Below, in pieces: positions 28,885 through 38,050 of a stretch of DNA of 64,000 nt; positions within the stretch are counted from its first letter, which is position 1; each line of letters begins with the position of its first letter. The stretch spans positions 13,762-77,761 of the forward strand of contig JAQGHG010000012.1 in the NCBI GenBank assembly GCA_028288925.1, in the 5' to 3' direction. The position numbers and the translations under genes are program-made. The stretch is from Patescibacteria group bacterium. Lineage in GTDB: Bacteria; Patescibacteriota; Saccharimonadia; UBA4664. The notes beneath the pieces are model-generated. The model was not told the origin of the DNA and ran no database searches. It saw only the letters and a program-made list of their open reading frames with translations.

Positions 28885-29450
28885 ACCTGTATTGCTCCCA
28901 TCAAGTACACAATTGTGAAGATAAAGATCCAGATGACATCCAGGAAGTGCCAAAACAAGCTCAGCAATGTCAGCCGCCGGACCGTAGCGGTCCCCAGGCC
29001 GCGGCGCAGCACCTGGATCATCAGCACGGTCATCCATAGCAGGCCGGTAGCGATATGCAGACCGTGCGTGCCCACCAGCGTAAAGAACGCCGAGAGGAAT
29101 CCGCTGCGTTGCCAGCTATTGCCCTCGGCAGCCAGGTGGGAGAATTCCGTGATCTCCATGGTGAGGAACGCGACGCCCAGCAAGAACGTCAGGCTGAGCC
29201 ACGTCAGCACTTGGTTGCGCTTGCCTTGGTGGGTGGCCAGTATCGCCAGGCCGGCGGTGAAGCTGCTGGTGAGCAGGATCAGCGTCTCGGCCAGTACAAA
29301 CGGCATGCTGAACAGCTCATGAGCGCCCGGTCCGCCAAACGTGTTGTTGTGCAATACCGCGTAAGTCGCGAAGAGGCTCGCGAACAATACGCAGTCGGTC
29401 ATAAGATATATCCAGAAACCCAGTGTTACTTTTGAATCTGGCTCTGTCAC
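28881..29450 (-). CDS. cyoC: cytochrome o ubiquinol oxidase subunit III
   Basis: Typical CyoC sequence (…[14 protein letters not shown]…). Confidence 0.9.
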   Translation of the reverse strand: MTEPDSKVTLGFWIYLMTDCVLFASLFATYAVLHNNTFGGPGAHELFSMPFVLAETLILLTSSFTAGLAILATHQGKRNQVLTWLSLTFLLGVAFLTMEITEFSHLAAEGNSWQRSGFLSAFFTLVGTHGLHIATGLLWMTVLMIQVLRRGLGTATVRRLTLLSLFWHFLDVIWIFIFTIVYLMGAIQV

Positions 29451-31441
29451 GCGGCTTCCTCCACCTTAGCGGCGGGGATCGTATATTCACTGTCGTCCGT
29501 GGAAGTCCGAATGATGATAGTGGCGATCACCCCCAATAGTCCCACCACTGCCAACCACCAAATGTGCCAGATCACGGCGAACCCAAGGACAAACGCGAAA
29601 CCGGCCAAGATAATACCCATCGCCGAATTCTTGGGCAGCGCGATGTCGGTATAATGCGGTTTTCGCCCTCCCGAAGCCTTCTTTTGTTTACTTGCCCAAA
29701 ACGCGTCCCGCTCAGTCACGGCGTCCAGCGTGGCGAAGTTGTACACCGGCGGCGGAGAAGTAGTAGACCACTCCAGTGTCCGCCCGCCCCACGGGTCGCC
29801 GGTCATGTCCAGGTTCTCCTTGCGTCTCCATACGCTCACGATCATTTGCAAAATCTGGAACCCGATACCGAGGCCGATCACACACACTCCCACGCCCGCC
29901 ACGATAAATAGTCCCCGCCAGCCCGTAGACGGCTCATAGTGGTCCAGCCGCCGCGTCGCGCCCATCATTCCTAGGATATACAACGGTACGAACGCCAGCA
30001 AAAACCCGGTCAGCCAGCACCAAAAGGCGTACCGGCCCAGCCGCTCATTGAGCCGGAAGCCAAAAATCTTGGGGAACCAGTAAGTGATCCCGGCGAACAG
30101 CCCAAATATCACGCCGCCGACGATCATGGTATGAAAGTGCGCCACCAAGAACAGACTATTATGCAGCTGGAAGTCCACCGACGGTACCGCCATCAACACG
30201 CCGGCCATGCCCCCAAGGGTAAACGTCACTACGAAGCCCAAAAACCACAGCATCGGCGTGGTAAAACGGATTCGCCCCCGGTACATCGTAAACAGCCAGT
30301 TAAACACCTTCACGCCTGTCGGAATCGCGATTACCATCGTCATAATGCCGAAGAAGGCGTTCACATTGGCCCCGGCGCCCATCGTGAAGAAGTGGTGCAG
30401 CCAGACCAAGAACGACAAAAAGGTAATCGAACCCAGCGCCCACACCATCGACTTGTAGCCAAACAGCCGCTTGCTCGAGAACGTCGCTACCACCTCCGAA
30501 AACACCCCAAAGGCTGGCAAAATCAGAATGTAGACCTCCGGGTGCCCCCACGCCCAGATCAAGTTGACGTACATCATAGGATTGCCCCCGAAGCCGGAGG
30601 TGAAGAAGTGCATCCCCAGAGTCCGGTCCAGCGCCAGCATCGCCAGCGTAGCCGTCAAGATCGGGAAAGCAAAGACCACCAGCACCATGGCGTTGAGCAC
30701 CGACCACACAAACATCGGCATCTTCATCATGGTCATGCCCGGCCGCCGCAGCTTCAGGATCGTCACCAGGAAATTGACACCCGAGAGCAAGCTTCCCACG
30801 CCCGCGATCTGTAGACTCCAGATCCAATAATCCACCCCCACACCGGGGCTATACCGCAGCTCCGATAGCGGCGGGTACGCCAGCCAGCCGGTGGCCGCGA
30901 ATTCACCCACCACCAGTGACACATTCATGAGCACGGCACCCGCGACGTACAGCCAAAAACTAGCCGAGTTCATAAAAGGGAACGCCACATCCCGGGCGCC
31001 GATCTGTAGCGGCACCACCAGGTTGATCAGGCCAAACATCAGCCCCATCGCCACGAAGAAAATCATAATCGTGCCGTGCGCCGAGAAAACCTGCTGGAAC
31101 GTATCGGCCGACAGCACGCCGTGAGACTGGCCCACCGATAACACCTGCTGCGCCCGCATCATGGCGGCATCGGTCGCGCCGCGCAGCAGCATCAAGAACG
31201 CCACGGCGATGTACATCACACCGATCTTCTTGGGGTCGAGCGAGGTCAGCCACTCACGCCACAGCCACTTCGCGCGGCCCAGGATCCAGCCCCAGCGCTT
31301 GAAGTATGTGAGGGCCGCCACCGCCAGCAAACCACCCAGAGCCCCCATTACGGCGGTCGCGAGCAGCATCACGCCGGTAAAACCGTCATGTTTCAGCGCG
31401 TTAAGCGTCAATAAGCCCAGTGCGTTGCCAAGAAAGATCAT
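29447..31441 (-). CDS. cyoB: cytochrome o ubiquinol oxidase subunit I
   Basis: Heme-copper oxidase subunit I, 664 aa, with conserved His ligands. Confidence 0.9.
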   Translation of the reverse strand: MIFLGNALGLLTLNALKHDGFTGVMLLATAVMGALGGLLAVAALTYFKRWGWILGRAKWLWREWLTSLDPKKIGVMYIAVAFLMLLRGATDAAMMRAQQVLSVGQSHGVLSADTFQQVFSAHGTIMIFFVAMGLMFGLINLVVPLQIGARDVAFPFMNSASFWLYVAGAVLMNVSLVVGEFAATGWLAYPPLSELRYSPGVGVDYWIWSLQIAGVGSLLSGVNFLVTILKLRRPGMTMMKMPMFVWSVLNAMVLVVFAFPILTATLAMLALDRTLGMHFFTSGFGGNPMMYVNLIWAWGHPEVYILILPAFGVFSEVVATFSSKRLFGYKSMVWALGSITFLSFLVWLHHFFTMGAGANVNAFFGIMTMVIAIPTGVKVFNWLFTMYRGRIRFTTPMLWFLGFVVTFTLGGMAGVLMAVPSVDFQLHNSLFLVAHFHTMIVGGVIFGLFAGITYWFPKIFGFRLNERLGRYAFWCWLTGFLLAFVPLYILGMMGATRRLDHYEPSTGWRGLFIVAGVGVCVIGLGIGFQILQMIVSVWRRKENLDMTGDPWGGRTLEWSTTSPPPVYNFATLDAVTERDAFWASKQKKASGGRKPHYTDIALPKNSAMGIILAGFAFVLGFAVIWHIWWLAVVGLLGVIATIIIRTSTDDSEYTIPAAKVEEAA

Positions 31442-32328
31442 CGCGTTACCATTCCGGGCATCGGCGTCATATAATTCATCACCACCTCATCATACAGACC
31501 TTCGGTTACGAATGAGTAATAGCTGGGCGGATTATTTTGGCTAGGCTTGGCCAAAGCCTGGTACGCGCCGTGGTCCAGATGGTGGGGCGACCGCTCGACC
31601 GACTTCGTCCAAACATCAAATTCGGCCCGTGGCACCGACTTGGCCGTAAACTTCATCCCCGCGAACCCCGCCCCGCTCAAGTTGGCCGACGAGCCGTCAA
31701 AGCTGCCGGGGGAGTCTGCCATCAGGTGCAGGTGAGTCGTCATGCCGCTCATCGCATAAATCTGGCCGCCCAGCTGGGGAATCCAAAATGAGTTCATCGG
31801 CGCGTCAGACGTGATCTCAAAATTAACCGGCGTACCCTCGGGAAACTCCACCATGTTCACGCTCGCGATATGCTGCTCCGGATAAATAAACAGCCATTTC
31901 CACTGCAGCGCCACTACCTGGATCGTTATGGGCTTCTTGTCGGACGCCAGAGGTTTGTAGGGGTCCAGCTCGTGGGAACTTTGCCAAGTAATGACCGCTA
32001 GCCCCACGATAATGGCGGTAGGAACGGCCCACCAAGTAAATTCCAGAACCCGGTGGTGGTCCCAGTCCGGCGCGTACTTCGCCTTAGTGTTACCGGCCCG
32101 GTACCGCCAAGAAATCACGAATGTCAGGATGAACACCGGGATCACCACGATCAGCATCAGCAGTGTGGCGGTTATCATGAGGCTACGCTCTTTGAAGGCT
32201 ATCAGGCCACGTGGATTAAGCACGGCTATGTCGTGGCCGTGCAGCAACTTCACGAGTAACACCGCCACTCCGAGACCGAGCAGAATCACAAGACCAAGCT
32301 TGAGCAATTTATTCATCAGATAAGGCAA
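31438..32328 (-). CDS. cyoA: cytochrome o ubiquinol oxidase subunit II
   Basis: Quinol-oxidase subunit II fold with 2 TM and a periplasmic domain. Confidence 0.85.
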   Translation of the reverse strand: MPYLMNKLLKLGLVILLGLGVAVLLVKLLHGHDIAVLNPRGLIAFKERSLMITATLLMLIVVIPVFILTFVISWRYRAGNTKAKYAPDWDHHRVLEFTWWAVPTAIIVGLAVITWQSSHELDPYKPLASDKKPITIQVVALQWKWLFIYPEQHIASVNMVEFPEGTPVNFEITSDAPMNSFWIPQLGGQIYAMSGMTTHLHLMADSPGSFDGSSANLSGAGFAGMKFTAKSVPRAEFDVWTKSVERSPHHLDHGAYQALAKPSQNNPPSYYSFVTEGLYDEVVMNYMTPMPGMVTR

Positions 32329-32355
32329 GGGTGGACGTTAAGGATCATCACACTT

Positions 32356-33573
32356 ATGATTATATCTGACATGACTCCCAACTCACAGCGAAAAGCCCAT
32401 GTACTCGTTATCGGCGGGGGATTTGGTGGTATCCGGGCCGCCCAAAAGCTCGCCCGGCAGCGAGGCGTGAGCGTTACGCTCATCTCCGCCGAAGACAGCT
32501 TCGCCTACTACCCGCAGTTGTACCACGCGGCCACCGGCGGTGTGCACACCGAGTCGGCTATTTCGCTGACCGAGTTGCTGGGTGGCCGCGGCATCGAGGT
32601 GGTGCGCGACACCATTACGGCGCTCGATCCCGAAGCCCGCACCGTCACCGGCGCCGGCGGCGAAGCCTACCATTATGATGAGCTTATCCTGGCGCTCGGC
32701 AGCGTCACCAATTACTTCGGTATCGATGGTCTCGAAAAATTCGCCTACAACATCAAATCCATTGATGGGGCCGAGCGCTTCAAACAGCACTTGCACAAAC
32801 AGCTCGTGGAAGACCACCAGGCCGACCCCAACTATGTCGTGGTAGGCGGCGGTCCCACCGGCGTCGAGCTGGCAGCCGCTCTGGGCCAATACCTACGGCG
32901 CATCATCAAGCTGCACGGACTGGCCAAGCCCAATTTTCAGATTGAACTCATCGAAGCCGCCCCGCGCCTACTACCGCGCTCGCCCGAATCGATGAGTGCC
33001 CGGGTACAGCGCCGCCTCGAAAGCCTGGGCGTGAAGGTCATGACGGGCGCCACCGTCCAGGCCGAGACCGCCGGCGCTCTCCAGGTCAACGGCCGGCCCA
33101 TCAATACCCATACCGTCGTCTGGACCGCTGGAGTAGCCAATAATCCCTTCTTCAAAGCCAACGCCGCCCACTTCAAACTCGCCAAAAATGGCAAAGCCGA
33201 GGTCGACAACCACCTCCAAAGCCAACCCCACATCTACGTGATCGGCGACAACGCCGCCACACCCTACACCGGCATGGCCCAGACCGCCCTCAACGACGCC
33301 GATTACGTCGCCGCCGACATCGTCCGCGCCCTCCACGGCCACGACCGCCCGGCCTACCATCCCGCGGCGCCCATCAGCGTCATCCCGGTGGGGGAAAACT
33401 GGGCCGCAGCGGAATGGGGGCGCGTCTTGCTCTACGGCTACATCGGCTACGTCCTGCGCCGCTTCGCCGACCTCATCGGCTACGCCGACGTCGAAAGCTG
33501 GCCCCGAGCCTTCAAGATTTGGATCCAAGACACCCGCCGCGAAGACAACTGCCTGATCTGCGAACCCAAATAG
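32356..33573 (+). CDS. ndh: type II NADH:quinone oxidoreductase (NDH-2)
   Basis: Two GxGxxG dinucleotide folds (VIGGGFGG, VVGGGPTG); 405 aa. Confidence 0.8.
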   Translation: MIISDMTPNSQRKAHVLVIGGGFGGIRAAQKLARQRGVSVTLISAEDSFAYYPQLYHAATGGVHTESAISLTELLGGRGIEVVRDTITALDPEARTVTGAGGEAYHYDELILALGSVTNYFGIDGLEKFAYNIKSIDGAERFKQHLHKQLVEDHQADPNYVVVGGGPTGVELAAALGQYLRRIIKLHGLAKPNFQIELIEAAPRLLPRSPESMSARVQRRLESLGVKVMTGATVQAETAGALQVNGRPINTHTVVWTAGVANNPFFKANAAHFKLAKNGKAEVDNHLQSQPHIYVIGDNAATPYTGMAQTALNDADYVAADIVRALHGHDRPAYHPAAPISVIPVGENWAAAEWGRVLLYGYIGYVLRRFADLIGYADVESWPRAFKIWIQDTRREDNCLICEPK

Positions 33574-33596
33574 CTAAGCCATCTAGGCCCAATAAT

Positions 33597-33628
33597 AAAG
33601 CCCCTGCTCGAAAGCAAGGGGCTTTATT
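33597..33628 (+). terminator. intrinsic terminator after ndh
   Basis: aaagcccc-tgctcgaaagca-ggggcttt followed by a T-rich stretch. Confidence 0.65.
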
Positions 33629-33639
33629 GAATAATTCCA

Positions 33640-33656
33640 GTGTGCCCGTGGCACAC
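33640..33656 (-). terminator. hairpin downstream of minus-strand gene 33710..34396
   Basis: gtgtgcc-cgt-ggcacac perfect palindrome, with further hairpins up to about 33700. Confidence 0.4.
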
Positions 33657-33709
33657 GCGAGAGGTGAGTCTCGGGTGTGCCACGGATGAACCCGGGAGCC
33701 GTGAGGCTC

Positions 33710-34396
33710 TCAGGATCTGTTGTGCTTGACCGCGTGGGGCAGATCGGCGCCTGGGCGCGTTCCCTGCATACCACATTTGCCGCGGAAAATGCGGCTCCCA
33801 CCCCTCTTGAGGGGAATGACCAGGAAGTCACTCTCCCCTGGGTGGGGGTAGGGGGCGTAGCCCGGCCTAGGCGGGGTGTTGCGATGTGTTCCAGGAACCA
33901 TGTAGTTGGTCCACCATCCCGGCGGGATGGCACGGCGGACCACGCTAGGGTGACGCCAGTCTCCCAACTTACGCAGGAGATCCAGCGCCTTCGCGTGGCG
34001 CGCCGGAGAAATGACCCCATAGGGGCTCTGGTTCGGGTCGAACCAGGCGGCCGTTACGACCGCCAGGATCGGGTCCTCACAGAGCCAGACCCAGAACGTG
34101 CGTACGCCCTCCTCGGGATGAGTCGGGCTCAGGTCTACGCCCCGGCCGGCCGCGTTGGGACCTTCCTTCCCGCGCTGGTTGGCTCGGTAGATAGGCGGCC
34201 CCATCGGTCCACCACCTGCGAGGCAGGCGGTGGGGTCGGTGGGGTCGGTGGGGGCGGTCGCGGTCGGAGCCTGCTTTGTGGCAGCGGGCGGCGACTTCAC
34301 CGGCGTGGCCGATACGACCATACTGGTGAGGAAAACGAAGCCCCCCAGAGAGAGGACCAACGCCGCCATGACGAGTCCAGCTATGCGCTGTCGCAT
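33710..34396 (-). CDS. hypothetical secreted protein (signal/TM, Pro-Thr-Ala linker)
   Basis: RBS GGAGGTG before ATG 34394-34396; 228 aa; about 68% GC; 1-nt gap from the upstream gene's stop. Confidence 0.5.
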   Translation of the reverse strand: MRQRIAGLVMAALVLSLGGFVFLTSMVVSATPVKSPPAATKQAPTATAPTDPTDPTACLAGGGPMGPPIYRANQRGKEGPNAAGRGVDLSPTHPEEGVRTFWVWLCEDPILAVVTAAWFDPNQSPYGVISPARHAKALDLLRKLGDWRHPSVVRRAIPPGWWTNYMVPGTHRNTPPRPGYAPYPHPGESDFLVIPLKRGGSRIFRGKCGMQGTRPGADLPHAVKHNRS

Positions 34397-34397
34397 G

Positions 34398-35075
34398 TCA
34401 CACCTCCGGACGAACCGTGCGGTGAGCGAAGAACCACCCCACGGCAGCCCCTGCGACCACCCCGAGGACGACGCCGAACACGCCGACCAACGGGTTGGAC
34501 AGGATGAACCACGGATGCGGGTCGTTGCCGACCAGCGCGTGGTTGTTGTGCACCAGGCTGGCGAGGCCTCCGAGGAGGAACCCGCCGACGATCGCGCCGA
34601 CGGCGACGATACCCCAGCGCGTCTTGGTCTCGACGGGCCCGCAGCTGTGCGTACAAGCCGCAGGAGCCGAGGGCTGCGCCTCCAGGTCGGTGATCCGTCC
34701 TGAGAGGGACACCAACGCGATCGCGTGGGTGTCGAGGCGCTCATGCGCCCGGTCGGTCTCATGCTCAGTACCGGCGACACGCCCGTAGAGACGGCCGATA
34801 CGACCGCCCTCCCAGGTGACGCGGTCATTGAGGTCATCGAGACGGTCAGCGTGCCCGTCGAGACGTCCGTCCGTCATTGTGCACTGGTGGGTGCAGCGCC
34901 AGTCGCATTGACTCGCCCAGCCACCGTCGCAGCACACGAGGTGCTGGTGGTTGCAGGCGGGCTGGGCCGGGCTGGGGTCTCGCGTGACGATCAACGCCAC
35001 GATGCCCCCGAAAACGAGGGCCATGAACATGAAACCGAGCGAGCCCAACAGGGCCGCGAGGACGATTCCGGACAT
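34398..35075 (-). CDS. hypothetical Cys-rich membrane protein (N-terminal TM, CC/CxxxC cluster, coiled-coil, 2 C-terminal TM)
   Basis: RBS AAGGAGG 7 nt before ATG 35073-35075; 226 aa; about 68% GC. Confidence 0.5.
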   Translation of the reverse strand: MSGIVLAALLGSLGFMFMALVFGGIVALIVTRDPSPAQPACNHQHLVCCDGGWASQCDWRCTHQCTMTDGRLDGHADRLDDLNDRVTWEGGRIGRLYGRVAGTEHETDRAHERLDTHAIALVSLSGRITDLEAQPSAPAACTHSCGPVETKTRWGIVAVGAIVGGFLLGGLASLVHNNHALVGNDPHPWFILSNPLVGVFGVVLGVVAGAAVGWFFAHRTVRPEV

Positions 35076-35225
35076 TTTTGTGCCTCCTTGGAGCTTCCTT
35101 GTAGCATGGTTGTCTGGCATGACACCGCAAAGGAACCGACGACTGTCCTGGCAGCCCAGAGTGCCTCGCACCGCGCCGCGCCGCAAGGCACTCTGGGCTC
35201 CGCCCAACCGCCCACTTTTAAAAAC

Positions 35226-35288
35226 ATGGCCCCAATGGCCACCAAACCTCCGGCGCCTCCCCGCTTTCTAGGGGTGGGTAGTGGGTGA
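35226..35288 (+). promoter_or_regulatory. candidate Pro-rich leader peptide uORF (MAPMATKPPAPPRFLGVGSG) upstream of P-type ATPase
   Basis: 20-codon ORF in the 410-nt leader, followed at about 35385-35430 by an imperfect hairpin and ctttcttttct U-tract; speculative. Confidence 0.25.
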
Positions 35289-35484
35289 CGGCCCGGAGGG
35301 CCCAGGGCGCGGGCCTCGCTCGAATAAAGTCGGTACAGGCGGCATATTCGCGCGAGGCCCCCCTGGGTCTCCTACGGGGCTCTGCCCTTCTTAACCGTCC
35401 TGCACTCGTGCGGGGCGGCCTTTCTTTTCTAAGACCACATACATTGGCCCGGCTGCTCGCATCGGCTTATAATTAACCATAAGC

Positions 35485-37908
35485 ATGAATACCGATACCA
35501 CCGGCCTCACCAGCCGCGAAGCCGCCAAACGCCTCAAGCACTACGGCCCCAACACCCTCGCCGAGGTCAAACGCCGCCCGGCTGTCTTGGCGTTCCTCTC
35601 GCGCTTTACCAACCCGCTCGTCATCATCCTGATGCTGGCCGCCACGCTCTCGGCCTTCCTCGGCGACCGGCTGAGTTTCATTATTATCATCGCCATCGTG
35701 CTCGTGAGCACCGTGCTCGATTTCTTCAACACCTTCCGCTCCGAGAAGGCCGCCGAGGCCCTCAAAGAGCGCGTGCGGGTAGAGGCCGAGGTGTTGCGCG
35801 ACCACAAGTGGGTGGCACTACCGCTCCGGGCGCTCGTGCCGGGCGACATCGTCAAGCTCCAGGCCGGCAAGCTCATTCCGGCCGACGGCGTCGTCGCCGA
35901 GGGCAAGGACCTCTATGCCAACGAATCCTCGCTCACCGGCGAGTCCTTTCCGCAGCCCAAGCCCCCGGCCGCCCCGCTGTATCTGGGCGCCAGCATCACC
36001 AGCGGCTCGGGCACCATGCGCGTCACCCATACCGGCCACGCCACCAAATTCTCCCACCTCGCGCATGCCCTCTCCGCTCAAGACCAGCCCACCGAGTTTG
36101 ACCGCGAGATCAAAGACTTCAGCCTGCTCATCATCAAGATCACCACCTTCCTGGTGATCGTCATCTTCACCTTCAATCTCTTCTTCCGGCACGATCTGCT
36201 GTCGTCATTGCTCTTTAGTGTGGCGCTGGCCGTGGGCCTCACGCCCGAGCTTCTGCCGCTCATCATCACCCTCAACCTCACCAAGGGCTCTCTGGCCATG
36301 GCCAAGCACGGCGTCATCGTCAAACAGCTCTCGTCCATCCAAAACCTCGGTTCCATGGACGTGCTCTGCACCGACAAAACCGGCACGCTCACCGAGGACC
36401 ACATCGCCCTCATCCGCCATGTCGACGGCTTCGGCGCCGAGTCCAGCAAGGTTCTGCTCTACGGCTACCTGGCCAGCGTCTACACCACCGGCTTCGAAAA
36501 CCCGCTCGACAAGGCCGTCCGCACCTTCAAGACCGTCAACATCAAAGGCTACCGCAAGCTCGACGAGATCCCCTACGACTTCGAGCGCAAACGCGAATCC
36601 GTGGTGGTGGCGCACGGCGACAGCCGCCTGCTCATCAGCAAGGGCGCGCCCGAGGAGATCATGCGCATCAGCCACCGCTACGCCGACGGCCGGCCCTTCG
36701 AGGCCGTCAAAGCCGAAGTCCAGGCCGAATACGACTCCCTCAGCGCCGAAGGCTTCCGCGTGCTGGCCGTCGCCATCCACCATGTGCCGCCCACCCATGG
36801 CACCTATGAGCCCGGCATCGAGCACGATCTCACCTTCGTCGGCTTCATGGCCTTCCTGGATCCGGCCAAGCAATCCGTCCGCTCCACACTCGAGCGCATC
36901 CTCGAGTACGGCATACAGGTCAAGATCGTTACCGGCGACAACGCCCTCGTCACCCGCAAGATCGCCAACGACATCAACCTCGAAGTCACCGGCATTCTCA
37001 CCGGCCCGGAAATCGAGCGTATGAGCCAGACCAAACTCCGCGAGGCCGTTGAGCGTACCACCATCTTCGCCCGCGTCAATCCCGAGCAAAAGCTGCGTAT
37101 CATCGAGACGCTCCGCCACAACCATCACGTCGTGGGCTACCTCGGCGACGGCATCAACGACGCCCCCGCCCTCAAGGCCGCCGACGTCGGCATATCCGTC
37201 AACAACGCCGTCGATGTCGCCCGCGCCACCGCCGACCTCATCCTGCTGCGCAAATCGCTCGACAGCCTCATCGAGGGCGTCATCGAAGGCCGCCGCACCT
37301 ACGCCAACACCCTCAAATACCTCATGATGTCGCTCGGCTCCAACTTCGGCAATATGTTTAGCATGGCCGGCGGTTCGCTGTTTTTGCCCTTCCTGCCCAT
37401 GCAAGCCACCCAAATCCTCCTCACCAACCTGCTCTACGACAGCTCGCAATTCGCCCTGCCCCTCGACGGCGTCGACGCCGACAGCCTCAAGCGCCCTCGC
37501 CGGCTCAACATCGCCACCCTCAAGAAGGCTATGTGGGTCTTCGGCCCCCTCAGTTCCATCTTCGACTTCGCCACCTTCGGCGTGCTTATCCTCGTGTTTC
37601 ACCTCAACGCCGCGTCCTTCCAAACCGGCTGGTTCCTCGAATCCGTCGCCACCCAAACCTTCGTGGTCTACATTATCCGCACGCGCCTCATACCGTTCTT
37701 CCAGAGCCGTCCCAGCCCCTATCTGGTGCTGAGCACTCTCGCCACCGTCGCCCTGGGTTACTACCTGGCGCTCAGCCCGCTGGGCAGCTACTTCCACTTC
37801 GGGCCGCTTCCCCTGAGCGCCTTCCTGGCCATCCTCGGCATCGTCGTGGCCTACCTCTTCTCCGCCGAGATCGTAAAGCGCCAATTCTTCCGCCGCGTCG
37901 ATCTGTAG
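35485..37908 (+). CDS. cation-transporting P-type ATPase (MgtA/PMCA-like, P2/P3 type)
   Basis: DKTGTLT phosphorylation motif, a TGES-like motif, and GDGINDAPALKAADVGI. Confidence 0.85.
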   Translation: MNTDTTGLTSREAAKRLKHYGPNTLAEVKRRPAVLAFLSRFTNPLVIILMLAATLSAFLGDRLSFIIIIAIVLVSTVLDFFNTFRSEKAAEALKERVRVEAEVLRDHKWVALPLRALVPGDIVKLQAGKLIPADGVVAEGKDLYANESSLTGESFPQPKPPAAPLYLGASITSGSGTMRVTHTGHATKFSHLAHALSAQDQPTEFDREIKDFSLLIIKITTFLVIVIFTFNLFFRHDLLSSLLFSVALAVGLTPELLPLIITLNLTKGSLAMAKHGVIVKQLSSIQNLGSMDVLCTDKTGTLTEDHIALIRHVDGFGAESSKVLLYGYLASVYTTGFENPLDKAVRTFKTVNIKGYRKLDEIPYDFERKRESVVVAHGDSRLLISKGAPEEIMRISHRYADGRPFEAVKAEVQAEYDSLSAEGFRVLAVAIHHVPPTHGTYEPGIEHDLTFVGFMAFLDPAKQSVRSTLERILEYGIQVKIVTGDNALVTRKIANDINLEVTGILTGPEIERMSQTKLREAVERTTIFARVNPEQKLRIIETLRHNHHVVGYLGDGINDAPALKAADVGISVNNAVDVARATADLILLRKSLDSLIEGVIEGRRTYANTLKYLMMSLGSNFGNMFSMAGGSLFLPFLPMQATQILLTNLLYDSSQFALPLDGVDADSLKRPRRLNIATLKKAMWVFGPLSSIFDFATFGVLILVFHLNAASFQTGWFLESVATQTFVVYIIRTRLIPFFQSRPSPYLVLSTLATVALGYYLALSPLGSYFHFGPLPLSAFLAILGIVVAYLFSAEIVKRQFFRRVDL

Positions 37909-37917
37909 CCGGAGCCT

Positions 37918-37946
37918 AGAGAGCCTACGGCTGACAGGACCCGTCC
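37918..37946. repeat. repeat element copy E (minimal form: termini only)
   Basis: cctagagagcctacgg directly joined to ctgacaggacccgt; 10 nt after the ATPase stop. Confidence 0.55.
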
Positions 37947-38050
37947 TCATTGGCCATTCTTCCAGCTAAATACGCTCCTTGCAGAGCAATCTTCCGCCGC
38001 TTAGCCGTTGCTACGGCCGCACTTTTCCGCCATGCTTCGTATATTAAGAA

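Noticed and set aside
33677-34507. 276-aa plus-strand ORF in the GC island
   Set aside because: The translation is Arg/Gly/Pro low-complexity. The opposite strand carries two ORFs with strong ribosome-binding sites and TM/signal features.
35155-35197. Possible seventh degenerate repeat copy (ctgtcctggcagcccagagtgcc…ggcactctggg)
   Set aside because: It shares only the 10-nt ggcagcccag with copy A and lacks the TACGGG/ACCCGT termini. It is kept only as an inverted repeat in the island's upstream region.
36205-37950. 581-aa ORF antisense to the P-type ATPase
   Set aside because: It lies entirely within the GC-rich ATPase gene, has Gly/Ala/Asp-rich low-complexity translation typical of antisense frames in high-GC DNA, and has no RBS.
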